NCBI GenBank assembly: GCA_964234715.1
Contig: OZ174280.1
Direction: 5' to 3' (one strand)
Length of the DNA: 64,000 bases
Origin: Podarcis melisellensis
Taxonomy: Eukaryota
Of the stretch, positions 38,566-53,600 are shown piece by piece (the stretch's first letter is position 1; each line of letters opens with the position of its first letter). The translations under genes and the position numbers were made by a program. The notes under the pieces were generated by a model. The model was given only the letters and a program-made list of their open reading frames with translations, searched no databases and had not been told where the DNA came from.

Positions 38566-41270
38566 AGCTCAGGCACCTGGGGAGGCAGTAGAAAGTAGAC
38601 CATAAGAGAGATGTGAGGAAGGAAGGGAGGAAGGAATTACACAAACGCCCCTTGGCCATGCTGGAAGTAGTTGAAATGAAGGAAAAGCCTTCCACCCCAA
38701 GCATGAGAATTGTACCAAATTTCTCTCTCCTCTTATATAAATTTTCAAATGCAATTTCTTGACAGCACTGCCAGTGTGCATCATTGAGGGGGCAGAATTA
38801 GCTCTGTGCATTCCTACAGGCTCCTTCACGTATCCAACAGTGAATAACTGAAGAGGGCTAATATATTTGAATTTACTATAATAATTCTTTAAAGTCTCTT
38901 TTAACTTTTCTCATCTCCATACTGTTCATTGAGGATTCTCCTTTGTTGTTCCTTCATGTACTCTGGCAACACTTTCAACCAATCAGTGTTCCTTCATCAC
39001 ACAGTAAGAAAATCGCCTTATAATAAATTCCTGGCAATAAGCCTAACTAGAGCCGACATGCTATCAAGGCTCCATATACAGTTTTTACCTGCTGAGTGTA
39101 TGACTGAGGACTTCGGGTGTTCAGTGAGACTGAACTGATTACTACTAAAAATGTTATTTGCTTGAGCGAGGCCTGGATTTGTCCAGTTTCTGATTGTAGA
39201 CTTTCAGTTTCAATATGCTTTAGGGAACATTCTCTTGTAACAGGTCACTCCAAATCCTTGTCTGTCACAGATTTGAATTAAACATGCCAAGTTGACTGCT
39301 ACGAATGTAATGAATTTGCAGAACCTAATGCACAACACGAAAATCCTCTGTCATTTTAAAGATTGTAATTCTGTTCTATTAAAATCAATATAAGCGTTGT
39401 ATGGATTTCTATTGGAGTAGGTTTGCAGCCTTAATTTTTGGTTTTCAATGATATCTGAAAGGCTGCTTAAAAAAGAATAGAACAGTTTTTGCCTGTAAAC
39501 GGGAGGATTAGAGATAATGGGTTTAAGCTGAAACGGTACAAATGCAGGTTGGGTGTTGGGAAAAATGATTATAAGAACAGCTGGACAATACCTTAAGATA
39601 CAGAGGGAGTTTAGGGTATCTTGATCTGTAGAAAAATTTCAAGACCTTATGTAAGTGCCTGTCTTACTTAGGTGGTAGATTTCAGATTTTATTTGTTTTG
39701 CTTTAGGGTATGATGCTGGAGGAGTAGATTCTTTTTCTTTGATTCTGTGAATTCCCCACCTTTCTGTATCAGGCACGAGCCTTGGGCATGCTTGGGGGGA
39801 AAGAGAGAGTTGTATATAATTGTTTGACGCCAAGCAACTGGGATAATATGGTGGAGTTAATCCAGATTAATCCCTTTCCATACCTCATGCTGGCTAGAGG
39901 GGAAAATGCAGACAAGGTAATTATCACAACATTTTTTTGTTAAAGCTTCCAGCCTCTCTCCTGGTGGGAATTAAAGCAGTTGGTTGAATGTGAGAGATGC
40001 AGAAGCAAACAGATGCAAGGTGACTGAGCCAAACTCAGGACATTCCAACAAAAGTGAATTTTGAAAACACCTGCTAAGGGGATGAGGAACCTGGACTTTC
40101 TCCTGTGAACTTTGACTTTTTCTCAGAACACACTCAAGAGGAAGTGCCAAGAGTGCTCTTCTCCCATTTGCCCTTGACCTGGAAATGATGAGACCATGCA
40201 GCAATATTGATTGCCATATTTCATCGGAGAAGACACTGTCCAGATGTGCCTCTTCACCTGTCTGCCCCTTGGTCTCAAAATGTCCTGAGCTTTCTAATTA
40301 GAGCAGAAAACAAGACTTGAGAAGGAACAGATGGCAGCGAGGTGTGAGCAAGGATTTGAAAGAGTCACAGGCAGTTTGCTAACAGCCTCTCTCAGGTCCC
40401 AGAGGGAAAGTCCTACTGCTTCCCCTCATCTATTAGGAGACAGAAGCTTGTGACGAGAACTTGGAAGAGGACAGTAACAAGGGTTTGCCTTATGCAACCT
40501 GTGTGATATGAACATCACATTTGGATTTATTTCCAATCACAACTCATTCTACAGCCCATGCCTGAATCTTCACAATCCACTATAGGGGGGAAATCACCAT
40601 TATGCTAAATACACTTCAGAATACCTATTGGCCATATCCAGGTAAATAAATGTTCACATTCTAGGAACAGGCAACGATGGCTAGGTGTGATATTGTGTTC
40701 ACACTGTTTCATGCCATGTGAGCAGAAGCATAAAGATTGAGTTTTCCTTACAGACTGTTTTAGAAAGTGTGTACAAAGTTAGGGGAGGACTAAAAGCCTG
40801 CTCCTGCTCCCCAGTCATTGTACAATTCCCTTACACACACAAAATGCATGTACTATATAGGGCTAAAGTGAACAGGAAAATGTCAAAAATTATACAGCCA
40901 ATGAGATTTGGCTGTATGATTATGTCACTGAGAGCAAGAGAAGATAATTTAAATGTGTAAGCAAACATTTTCATAAGGAGTGAAAAAATTCCCCCCAAAA
41001 TAATACTCACCGCACCGCCCACATTGGCAAAAAAAAATTAACAAAGGATGCATTCAGACATGGGCAATATCTCATTGGTTTTCCTGATTATAATGCTAGT
41101 GCTTCTTTCCCATTTTCTAATGTTCCTTTCACACTGTTGCATTACAGAACTGTGGCTTTTTGACTGATATGCCACTATGTTGTCATTCACACCACTGGGC
41201 ACGGTCACACAACAATGAGTGTAAAATGTTGCTACTCCCCTCCCCTCCCTTTCCGTACATGTGTGCTTCT

Positions 41271-41518
41271 GAAGAAGAAGAGTTTGGATTTGATATCCCG
41301 CCTTTCACTCCCTTTAAGGAGTTTCAAAGCGGCTAACATTCTCCTTTCCCTTCCTCCCCCACAACAAACACTCTGTGAGGTGAGTGGGGCTGAGAGACTT
41401 CAAAGAAGTGTGACTGGCCCAAGGTCAACCAGCAGCTGCATGTGGAGGAGCGGAGACGCGAACCTGGTTCCCCAGATTACGAGACTACCACTCTTAACCA
41501 CTACACCACACTGGCTCT
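41271..41518 (-). mobile_element. Squam3-type tRNA-derived SINE, full length
   Basis: Minus strand starts AGAGCCAGTGTGGTGTAGTGGTTAAGAG (A box), has GGTTCGCGTC (B-box region), an L2-like tail and a (TTC)n end. Confidence 0.85.
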
Positions 41519-44500
41519 GTTCCTTCACTACCCCCCCCCCACACTCACACCAAAACAGCAGGAATGTGCCAGTATACTACCCCAAATTTTGCCACTTTAT
41601 TCTCACAATTTTCCAGGTTAAGGTGGGTGCAAATGGATATTTATTGGAATCAAATAACATGAAAATGAGCACTAAATTTGTGCTATATTCTATTAGTTTA
41701 CCAGAAGTGGCTTTTATGTTGTGTGGAAGCTCAAATATTATGCAGAAATTAAGAGTTAGGGAAATGTGAATGCAGCCAAAGAATGGTGAGTCGTTTTGGC
41801 TCAGCCTGATATTTTTATTTCAGGTAAAGATTCTAGACAAAGAGGGCTGCTGTTCAAGTTCCAGTCAGACAACTCTTTCCCACATGACATTATCATTATT
41901 ATAGGCTGTGTAAGCTTGTTCCTCTCCCACAATACTTCTTATAAACTGAACATAAATTTTGTGACACTTTTGGGATGGAAGAGGTAGAAGTAGAACACTA
42001 TGAACTTTAAGTTTCAATCTTAAGTTGTTGGAACGAGGAAGGGGATTTGTACAGAGAGTGGTTAATGACGCTTTCTCCTTCACATTTTATTCTAACAAGC
42101 AGCTCAGAGTTCTACCATGTTATTTGCTTTTCCAACAAGAGATATTTCCCAAAGGAGTTTGAGTGTGTGTAGCTACATTTCATTTCTTAGTTAATTCTTA
42201 CAACACAGATGCCAAGAGGCTGGGCATTAGAAAGCACGTGGGGCTGCATTCAAGAAATCAAGCTTTGTGATCCATCCCTGTTATCAGTTCTGTGCAATAG
42301 CATTTAATCATCTTAAACTTCACCAACTGGAATAATTAAACTGTCTCTGTTATTTCAATATTCATTGAACAACCCACGTTTTGCTTTCTTCGTCGATTCA
42401 TCCACTGGTTCTCGTTAATCTACAGCAGGGAAGAAGTGTTCTCCAGTGGTTTGATTGCTTTGAAAAACACTATAATTTGTAAGCAAATTGGGAAGCTTTG
42501 AAATGAAATGAAAGCATCAGTGACTAGACAGGCAAAGCTCACCTTTCTCCTTTCCAGTGAAATGTTTCAGACCAGTGCTCATCATTGCCATGAATTACAC
42601 CATAACGTCAATGGGCCCTTCCAGCTTTTGATTAAACTGTAGCTATTAAGGTTCCTGGGGGGAAAGAAAACAAAACAGGTAATATCTTGCTTGTAATATC
42701 TTTGTTGGGAAATTCACTTCCAGCAGCTCAAGCAGTGTCAATAAAGGTGATTTGCCATCATAAAGCAGAAAATAAGATGGGAAATACAGATGAAGTCATT
42801 GACCTGACTGTTGTGCTCTTGTTATGGGGAGAGATTATTTCACTTTAGAGAAAAACAATATGCTTCATACAACAGGGGTGAGGAAAAAAATCTCCTCTTG
42901 TTCACAGTCCCTTCACTTTTCCTAATCTTGAAGGGGAGAGGAATGTGGTGGTGCCGACTTCCCTTTCATCTCTTGAACACAGCAATAATAAATATGTGAT
43001 CATGAATCCATTGGATTTCTTTTCTAGAAAGAAAAGAAGAGTCACAATCCAATTGAGTTTGATGCTTAAAAAATATCTATGCATATTTTACTTCCTAATT
43101 GCATTTGGAGAATCTGGGAATTAATGTAAACAATGCTCACTTCTGTTAAATTATTTCTCTGTGAGTTAGCTTTACTGTGCTTTCCACTCTGTCTTTCAAT
43201 TTTGTATGTCAAATTGCTTTGAGAACAGGAGCTTATGCAATTTGCCTATATTTCTTCATGTGTTTTTTCAAACCACTAAGTCATCTATATGTATTAATTG
43301 TTGCACATATTGAAATATTGTGATTCTTATTTTCTTTTAGTTTGTTATGGAAAACATGAGTGCAGATTCCCATCAACAAGATTATGGGCTATAGTGGGAA
43401 GAGGACACACATTCCTAGGCAAATCAACAGGCCCAACCCAAAGAACATTGCAATGTAGATGGGAATGTTCATTCTTTGTTGCTGTTGCTCTGGCTCCAGT
43501 ACACTCCCACTGCTAGGGTTTGAAGCCACGTACACATGCCATTAGCCACAATTCATATGTATCCTGTATTTTCTTGAGAATTACTCCTGTTTGAGGTATT
43601 TTCCCCCAAGCCAGTTTCCATCCATTTTGAAACTGCAAGCTGTGGTTAAGCTGAGATGTGTACAGTTCAGATAATCAGTGCACATGTGCAGATGACAGTT
43701 TCATTGAACAGGATTTCAGGGGTTGCAGGCATGAGGAAACAGATCAGGTAATACACATAAGCTGCCAATGCACTTCTATCTATCTTTCTCTCTTCCCACC
43801 CAAGGGGCTGCCGGGTGAGAGACAAAATGCTGTTGCCAGGGGTGTGAAGTCATCAACCCCATCACTCTCTCCCTTCATCACTCTACCCATTTCATCTCCC
43901 CCACATTTCCCCTGTCTTGCACTCCTCTCTGTCCAAGCCCCACCCCCACCCTGCTGCCCATCACTTGATATTAGGGCAAGGGCTACAGGTTCCCTATCCC
44001 GACTTAGATACACAGGATCTAAAGTATCATTAACAAATCTCCAGTCTCCCAATCCATTTAAGCATGTCTACCATGTTATATATAGAATCGCCTAGGAAGT
44101 ATTCAGTTAGGTGAGCTCCTCTTTCTGTTTGATATTTGATGTCATGAGAATCATAGAATCTGTTTTAAAATATGTTATGCAGGTTTTTATTTTTTAACAT
44201 TTCATTTGTGGTCTGCACTTCACCTTTTGCTTTAGAAAGAAGAGGAAGGACATGAAACTAGCTGCAATTCCTATTTCAATGCAAATCTGTTGTTGGTAAT
44301 TGTAGTTTAGCAATTGTCTCACCCTTCAGCTCAGCAATGATGAAAGATTCATGGGTGTGAATTATTAGCTGTGCCATTTACCTTGGAAATGCTCTCAACA
44401 CTGTTGTGAGTATTTATTTTTGGAAGTTTTCTTTTGTTCCGTTCTGAATCTCATTATTCTGTAATTGTTGAGAACATTATTGTTAACAGGAGATGGTATA

Positions 44501-44543
44501 AAATATCTACCTTTCAAGAAGAGGACAGTTTAATAAATCTGGA

Positions 44544-44825
44544 GGCTGGATTCTATCCTGCTCCCCCCCCTTCCAGACTTGTAGTGTTGTCATTCTGCTG
44601 ATTGTAATGAGGTTGTTCTAACTTATAGGAGAATGCTGATTCCAACAGCCCTTTGCTGTGAGAACCACATTCTCATGTGCTCTGATGGACTTTTGATGTG
44701 TAGTCTAGTGTAGGGCTTTATATCCATATCACTAGAGGTATTTCAGCAGGTGAGAAAGCCCCATTGTGCTAGCTGGAGTCCTTGTGTTGGCTTCCACTAG
44801 CAGAATGAATTGGTTGAACCCAGCC
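44544..44825. mobile_element. possible old PIF/Harbinger-like MITE
   Basis: Short inverted ends GGCTGGATTC / GAACCCAGCC. Confidence 0.3.
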
Positions 44826-47265
44826 TTACGGCTGCAAACACCCACCCATTTTCATTGTCTCTATGATTATACTGTCACCGAAATTAAGGGAGGTTGTACA
44901 GCAGAGGGAGGATGGAACTCTTAGTTTATAGCTTTAGGAAGCTACATTTCAGAGCTAGTTTTAAGATTTGGTCCTTGTGAAGCATCTCATGTGGCACGTG
45001 GCATACGGACCCTGTAACTGAAGGCTGTGTCTCCCTGCTGCAAGAAAGGCACAGCAAATCATGATGGATACATTTCCAGCCATCCGAACAGACAATTTAG
45101 CACCACAACTCCTAATGGATCAGGCGTCTGCTAAAAGCGAATAATTGCTCAGATGTGAAGCTTGGCTTTCCTGATGAGAGGGATTTATGACATGTCAGGC
45201 TCCAGACATAAACGATAGCATCATATTATGCTAATTCTCATCATGCTCATGTGTGTGATGTGACACACTATAACACAAAATGACTGCCTAACATTTATAA
45301 GAAATACGAAGGGATGCCCCCACTACTAATTTGTAGTGGAAATATCAAACACATCACTAAAGGTTAACAACACCATCCTGGTGACTGGAAATGCTGGCCT
45401 GCTTGCAGATATAAGCAATAAATGCATTTTTGTGCCAACTAAACTATCCATGGTGAAATGAAATATCCTTATTTCCTTGAGTGGTTTCTTCTTCCTGCAC
45501 TGCCCAGTGGTAAATAAAGCATATTATTCTGTGACCTAAAATCCCTTGGGACTCCCATTATATTTTATCCCCTCTTCCAAGATTTCCATACTGGTGCTTT
45601 CCTGCTTGCACAATCTCACAATGTAGACAGCAGAGTTATCTACTGGTGTAATTATCTACTCAAAACTAGTATAGTATAGCTGTGACTAGGAGACTGATGA
45701 GCTATGAATTGGGAAGTCATGGGTTTATATCTCACTTGTGTGTTACTGCCTGCCATTTTTTATACTGACCCAGCATTGTGGGCTCCAATTGTGGTAATTT
45801 TGTTTGTAACATGTAATTCATCTGGAATAGTATCCCCCAATTGCTGCCCTCCAGATCTATAATCCAGGAGTAGATAATGTAACACCCATTAGATGTTGTG
45901 GGCATGCAACTCCAATCAACCCAATCTAGCATAGTCATCCCTCAGAAATTATGATAGTCGTAGTCTCACAACACATGGAAGTAACCAAGTTGAGGAAACC
46001 CAAACTGCAGTACTGCTGTCTTGTTTGATATCTAGTATTTTAGTCCTCATCTTTAAGAAAGGCAGTTGGGGTGACCCTCAAAACTATCACCCATTCAGTC
46101 TTCTAATGTTTTCTGCCAGAATACATGCTCCCCCTTTTAAAAAAAGGTTAGAATGGTTAGAAGAGTGGGCTGAAGTAAATAAGTTCCTCTCTCCTACATA
46201 GATGGTTTTCCCAAGGGGCATTGTATAATGGAGCAGACTCTCTTTAATTATCATATGCAAGCATATGTTATAATTGCACACCCCAAAAAGCTGTGGATAG
46301 TATTCAATGACTATGTGCCACCAATGCAACAATTTCTGCTTATACAACAGGACAACCCCCCCTCACCTAGCCCTGTATCTGCCTTTCATTCTCCCCAAGT
46401 ATTCTGTAGAGGGTCAGGGGAAGCCCTATAACAGATTTAAGGGGTGCAGTGGGGGAGCACATGCTAGAAATCCTTGCATGAATGGAACATTCATACAGCA
46501 GTGTTGCATTCAACCCTGTATGTTGCATTTATTCATCTCTCATCTGCCTCTGACCATTGACCAACAGAGTCCATGAGAAAAAAACTAACTGTTGCTTCAT
46601 TAGATAAGTGACTGCTGTTTCTTGTATAACAGCTTTGCTGTTATACTCAAGATAAAACTCAAACTTAATTCAGGGGCTCTCGTTCTGATCTGGTATTTAC
46701 ACCAGGGTTGCAGTCTTGCCCCTCTGTAATTTAATCTTTAGAGAAATGATGTAGTTCAGGAGCTCCCTTCGCCTTCCCCTCCCACTCAACTGGTAATCAC
46801 AAAATTCCAGTGCTTCTTTATGCAGATTATATGGCTCTTATTTCATTATCCCAAGTAGGTATGAAAAGATTACTTTCTAATTTCAGAACTTACTGCAAGC
46901 AGGAAGGTTTATCTATTAATTATATTAAGGCTAAATTGGGGGGTGTTTGCCAAAAGGCATAAACAGCATAAATGGGTCCTGAATCATCATTCAATCAAAG
47001 AGTGTAGTTAGCTTTAGCTATTTAGGGCTTAATTTTGTGGAAATGCTCTGTGGCACATTCATTTTGAGGCAATTAAAATTTCATCTGACCATTCATTGGG
47101 GGCTATAATGAAACTTTATTAAACTGAGGGTCACTGTTAGAACCGTTGTTCAAAATTTGCTTAGCGAAAACTGCATCTGGCTTGTTATAGAGTGCAGCAA
47201 TCTGAGGTGGCTCTAATACAGGTGAACCTGATATAATTCAAAGTAAGTTTTTTGTACTATTTGCA

Positions 47266-47361
47266 AAGCAAAAAAAATTCCTTCCAGAAGCACCTTAAAG
47301 ACCAACTAAGTCAGTTCTTGGTATGAGCTTTCGTGTGCATGCACACTTCTTCAGATACAAT
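47266..47361 (-). mobile_element. short Penelope-like element (pLTR) fragment
   Basis: Nearly identical to the arm of the 56.2-kb palindrome; 9-bp TSD CTATTTGCA at 47257-47265 and 47362-47370. Confidence 0.85.
47321..47358 (-). ncRNA. minimal type I hammerhead ribozyme motif
   Basis: GUAU-CUGAAGA-A-GUGUGC AU GCACAC-GAAA-GC-UC-AUAC: core boxes, stem I GUAU/AUAC, stem II and palindromic AGCU in place of stem III. Confidence 0.75.
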
Positions 47362-48399
47362 CTATTTGCAGTTCCACATACAATGCATTTGGTACACTAC
47401 TTAGAATCTTATTTTACTTAACACATTCCCATACTACTACACATTTCTGAGTGGTGTGTGAAAAAAATCCACGGAAAATAAGACAAGAAAACAATAAAAT
47501 ATTATAATAAATCCCAAACACATTTAAATGTTACAAAGTTACAATGTTACAAAGCTAGACCGGATTCTGCAGCAGATGTATGCCAAGCTTCAGGCTTCCC
47601 CCACATGTGACCAGGTTGCACTGGGTACACAATGCATGGCACAAAAGCCGCCAGAAATGTATTGTGAGAGAGGTGGTTGGTTTGCGTCACTTGAAAAGAA
47701 ATGACATGTACAATAGGTTGGCCCATGTGTAAATATTTTAAGAGGATCAGAAGAAAGGACATATCGTGTATTTGAATGTGAGGAATAGTACAATTCCATT
47801 CTATATCAGCTGGGGGTCCCCTGAGGCTCCCTGAAAACCACAACCTTCCTTGAGGTAGCCTATACATAGCCTATTTCCCTTTATCAATAGGGCACAGATG
47901 CCTTTGGGAGACATTGTTTGCTTCTCAGACAAAGAAACCATCCACGCTCAAGAAAGAGGAACTGGGCAGGTTTTCAGGTGTGAAAACAAGCCACAGATGA
48001 GAACAAGATATTATTCTTCATGGGAGACGCTTATGAGAAGTACATCAAAGCCCCCTAATGACAAGCTGGGAGCGATACTACAGCAAGGAATAATCATAAC
48101 AAGCAGATGAAGGGGAGTTAACCATTACTAGAGTAGCTCTCACAGCTTGCTAGCCTTGTGAGAGGTGCCTGATCTCCATCAACGATGTAGGACTACAGAC
48201 TGTTAGTGCGTATGAAATAAGATGAATTATTAACTGAAAGGCTGGGGGAATCATCTCCAAACTTGGAGCTTAACATTCTATGCATTTGTTAATAACATCC
48301 TCTCCCCCTGCCCGCCCTGGCCACACAGAATGTACAAATTAGAGAAAGCAAACTGGGGTTTATACTAGAACAACCATCACATGTCTCCTGTCTACCAGC

Positions 48400-49720
48400 A
48401 TCGGCATATATTATCTCCATTAGATGAGCGTGCATTTAATTGAGCTGAAGGACAAACACGCAAATGTTGAGGGTTTGATTATTTTTCTCAGCTGGGGGAG
48501 CAGTGCCAGGCCATCCTCTCTCTGACACTGTGCATCAATTAGGTCTTGAGAGGCGACAGTAACCTAAACCGAACCTGGAGATGCTCCACTGGGTCCCTGG
48601 GAGAGTTCAGGAGCTCCGTTTGGGTTGAAAGCGTGATGTTTTCCCACAAGGGAACCACCAGTCACAATAATTACATTGCTGTCTACTCGTAATATGATTT
48701 ATTTAGATGTTGCCTTATGAATTAATTCCCTCTAATTGCCGCTCCTCTCGCTGTAAATCAAGGTTTCCTGCTTTCTGTGGAGCAGCGAACATGATCCTAC
48801 ACTGCCATAATTAGTCCAATTAGAAAGGAAGGCAGATGTGGGGAGCCAATTACTTGCCGGAATATGTCTGCTCCAATGTATTCTGAGTGCCATTCGATTG
48901 AAATTTAATAGCAACTTAATAAAACATTGTTTTATTCATAAACCAAACTCCCTTTGGGCTATTAGTTTTCCTGAGGAGACAGTTGCAATGAGTTTTATGG
49001 CTGGTGAGTTAAGGGTCTTCTTAAAGAGGTAAATCGGGAGCAGATCCATTGAAATGTATGGATGCAGGCTTAGTGAGGGAAATGAGAATTGACTCCCTTT
49101 TCTGCAGTAACATTTCTTACTCTTCCCACGGAGAGAATGAAATTAATGACTTTGCCTCCCGAATCAGTGCAAACGTCAGAAGCTGTTCAAACTGTTTGTC
49201 ACAGCCAGGTCTTTACTCCATGTGGTGGAACTCTTGTTACTGAAAGCCTTGCCTTAGGCAACACCCTCAATCAAATAGACCAAATCAGAGTAAACATCCA
49301 CACACATCTGACCCGTTTGGTAAGCATTCCCTGAAGCTTCATGTCACCGCGCTTGATGTTGCTGTGCCCCCAAAGAGCAAACTCATCAAAAGTGAGATGT
49401 GCGTTATACAGGAGAAAACAACTCAAAATCTGTCTGAGCCCAAGAACTGGGAGAAACGATACATGATAAATAAAACAGAAGAGAAATAGGGGGCAAGCAC
49501 GGTTATTGTGCAGCTTAAAAGAGGGCTAACCCCCCCGACCTGTACACTGGGTGATATTGGCCAGTTTGCTGCTTTGCTCTGATTGAGTTCAAACTGCTGA
49601 GACGCGCAGTCGTCCCTGTGAAATTTGAGCAAGTAAAGAGGTGACTCATTCCAAATGGGCATTAAGCAGAAAATGGGTTGTTTCACAGGGTGCAAGGCAC
49701 AAAACATTTACAATCCTATT
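48400..49720. promoter_or_regulatory. candidate conserved developmental enhancer block
   Basis: About 1.3 kb with no recognisable repeat and more than 20 CpGs by eye; TGATTTAT at 48695-48702, GTAAATCA at 48753-48760, TTTTATGGC at 48993-49001 and many TAATT cores; conservation not tested. Confidence 0.5.
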
Positions 49721-50354
49721 TGCCAAGTGCCCTTATGGAGTTTGTTGTGACTAGGGTTGCCATACAGAAGGAAGAAGCTTGGTTTTTTTTAATGTTAAAT
49801 ATATGGTAGTCAGATTGCTCCATTAGCTAGAAATCGCTGTTTGCAACTTCCCCACACCAAGTAGGAAGAGCAGAAAGCTTGTGATGGATGTAACTTGATA
49901 TTACATCTCAGCATAGCATCAGCAAGGCTCTTAATTTGTTGTCCCTCCTGCTCTGGAAAGCAAGACAGGGGGCAAATTTGGCTGTCGTGCTGGTTTCAGT
50001 TTGCAGTGCCTTTGATGAACCATCACTCCCAAGTCACAGTGAGCAGAATTTACCATTTTTAAAGCAAAACGCTTCAGTTATTTGCTGTGTATCTGGCACT
50101 GCAGCTATCAGGGCTACTGGATGTCTTGACCCATGATTATACAATAGAATGAGGGATGGCCGAAATGTTCGCAAGCTATGTAGAATGGCATTGGGGTTGT
50201 ATTTAGACTGCACATTTTTTCAGCAGCTAATTCTCTTTAGGTTTAAAAGCATTATAGCCTTTATTCCCAGCCAGAGAATTACGTGGTTCAGGTCCCTGTG
50301 GCCTACCTAACCTTGAGTTCTGAACCTGAGGGGCATGGAGATCCTAAGAACGTA

Positions 50355-50647
50355 GGGTTGTATTCACTTATGTCCCACCAACGATGGAAGGTCCTTTGAT
50401 CCAGTGGGGACTTCTGAATCATTGGAATGAGAAAGGGAGTTAATTTTCACATATTCCTCCATTGCAGCCTTCATTCCCCTTCCCCAAGATGCTCTAGAGG
50501 ATTGGGAAAAATTGCATGAGAGAGGGTGGAGTATCTATGTGAAGGGGAACTGGTGAAAATAGCCTCCTTTCCCTTAGATGGGAATCTACACTGGACCAAT
50601 AAGCTTTGGGAGCGGGCGGGGTGTAGCTATAACCATGGATACAACCC
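50355..50647. mobile_element. PIF/Harbinger-like MITE
   Basis: TIRs GGGTTGTATTCA / TGGATACAACCC. Confidence 0.55.
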
Positions 50648-53600
50648 ACAGAAACTTTCCCAGAGAAAATATTTAGCAACTTAAAGATTCAATGACCACA
50701 AAGATAGCATAAACAGCAGTTACTAAACTATGTTGCCTTTAGTTATGTGCTATGGAAGATTATATAACTATAATATTTTATATAAATATTATATTGTTAA
50801 TTATTATTTTATTAAAATAGAACTATTTATATAAATATATTAATAATAAATATGAAAACAACTCTTGTGTTTACCTCTTCCGACGATCCAGAGGGGTGTG
50901 TGTGTGCATTGCCTTAACAATATTAGAAATGGCACTGACCTAACTTTGTTCATCTTTATGCATGGTTTCTGGAATCTCTCTAGGCTATATGAGTTTTGTA
51001 TATGTACGTTTGAATTTAATAGGATGTACTGAACTTACAAATTAATTAACTCTCACATTCAAACAAAATTAAATGTCTAAACCTCTAATTTTGGTAAATT
51101 GATGTTTCAGTGAGCTAAAGGTAGCTTACATAAGATCAATAAAAACAAGACAATCCCTTTCATCAAGGTTACAGTCTTAAGGATGTGAAACAAAAGGGAA
51201 AGGGGGATTAGAATGGAAAAGGAAAACAAGCAAAGTTAGGCACTAGTTCCTAAATTTACATAAGCCCGTTTCTGGTATTCTAACCTACAGAATTCCAACA
51301 GCAAGAGGAGGCCAGAGAGGGGATGTGTTATTAAGCCCAACACCTCCAGTACATTACCCTTGTTATTCTGATGGCACATGGTGGCACCATTGCAGGCATG
51401 TCAATTTGATGTGTGAGAAGGGGTGGGGCGAAGGAATTCACCCCTGCTCTACCTCTCAGGTAGGTAGAATCATGTATTGATAGTGATGCCTGAAGAGAGC
51501 TTGACTAGTTGGAATACAAAAGTTCAGGGATAGAAGGAGCTGAATGGAGCTGATGGAGTGGTCCTGCTACCCATTGAGCCATCTCCTGCAGCCTGAAAAA
51601 GCAGCTGCTGCCAGTGGTTAGAGAGCGAAACCTCATGGAGCCATATGTAAGCATAGCCAATGGAGCAGTCCTGCTTCCCACTCCTCCTGTGCTTCTGCCT
51701 GAAGGAATGAATGCTGCCAGGTAACAAAGGAGAGAGGGAGAAATCCAGAAGAACTAGCTTCGGCAAAGCTCATGGAGTGGTTCAAATATTAGAATTTTTC
51801 TATGTTTTGAACACTTCTTTCAGCTGTTATAAAATGTTTATAACTCAGGAATTTATAGAATGTTTATAATTCAGTCAGAATAAGCTACCCAGGGCTAGGC
51901 GGAGCAATGATCTGACTCATTATAAAGCTGATTTTTTTAATGTTCATTTATGTGTGTATTTTACAGATGCACAGATTCCCTGCCTCCCAGTCTTCCAGGG
52001 CTTCAAGGTTGGTTGTCAAAACAAATTCAAAGGGAAACAAGGAGTGAGGTGGGAGAGAGTGCTGGGCAGAACAGGCTGATGCCGCAAGGGACAAACGGAA
52101 TTGGTACATAATTGATATGGCATTGATTTACCAAAGCTGAACACATTTCAAACAGTAGGACTTCCATATCTGTGTAACATTATGACATGAGTTATAGACA
52201 ATCCAAGCAGTTTTCTGGTTGAATTAGCCAGCTAGGGGATTAAGAAAGATAAAAGAGAAGAACTGAGATCACAGCCTGTGCCCAGACTAACATAAATTTA
52301 GAGCTAGCTTCAGATCTAGTGAAACAATGCTCTGTTTCTTGTCCATCCCATGAGGGCAGTGTCGGTAGTAAAATCTGTGATGAAGTGATGAGGACAGCAG
52401 ACCACAGCTCAGAAACTCAGGGACCATAGCCAGCATGTAATAAATATCCTGAGGATAAGATGATCAGACAGACAGATACTTGCCTGAGAAAGATCAGGTG
52501 TTCACCAAAAAGAAATTGCAGTATGATAATATGCAATTTTGTCTTATGTGCTGTGGACAAGGCCATCGTATGATGACTTTTATGAACTTGGACCGATTTA
52601 CAGCAGTAGGATATATGGCTCATTGACTCAAAGTGAGGTACCATTGATTTCTCCATACTGGGATTAAAGCCCATTGATTTTGTTAGAGAAATTGTTGAAA
52701 AATCTGGCGGCATTGTTTTTCAAGGCTCAGAAGCCAGAAGGAAAATATTTATGACATTTTAAAATGTCATTAGTGTAAAAATTGGATTCATTTTTTTTGG
52801 GGAGGGGGTGGATCTGACTATATGGTTGAACATTTGGGGTTGGTCATACCAGATTAACTACAAATGTCACAGAGTTGCTTTTACTCACATGTATCTTGAC
52901 GCCTATCCTGGGCCAAATTTAGTTTTAATTTCAAGTCATTTCCTGGAGTTAGCAGTGATCATCACGAATTCATACTTTGTGTGTAAATTATTCTGGATTT
53001 TGGAGAAACTTTCACCAGCTTTAAACAAACATGTCTGAATATTCTGAATTTGTTAAAAACATTCACCAACACTTTCTTAGGAGGGGGGAAAAACAGGATA
53101 AATGTAGCTTGTAAATTTCTGCAATACTTGGAATAGACATGGTACAGGATTGCATTGTAACCTCCTGAACTTTCCCTAGGACTGAACACTTCTGATTCAA
53201 TCCCAGAAGCATTGTTGGCCAAGCAAAGACAAACCTTTGTTCTACTGTTTGGCATTTAGTTTGTTTATAACATGATCCCTTGTTTGAAGATGGAGATTAC
53301 CAGCAATTAAATTTGGTTCACAAGTTCAGAACACAACTATATTTTATCTCAGATTTAAATGGAAGCTCAGTCTCCTACACCTGTTTTCAAAGGAGAAATA
53401 CAATACCTGCTGTGAATGACATTATTATTTACGATAATCAATTACATGTATATCCTGTATTTCCTCCAAGGAACTTAAGATGGCATACACAAGCCTTGCC
53501 CCACACAGTGAGGTAGGTTAGACTGAGGAAGTATGCTAGACCAAGGACTGCATGATATACAGTGTGGGCCATGTGCATCCTAGGGCTGCAAGATCCTCAC

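Noticed and set aside
41215-41769. 184-aa ORF
   Set aside because: Reads through the antisense strand of a Squam3-type SINE
43658-44095. 145-aa ORF
   Set aside because: Low-complexity pyrimidine-rich sequence with no domain or convincing splice context
50755-50855. Extremely AT-rich patch
   Set aside because: Low-complexity sequence with no periodic or structural signal I can support
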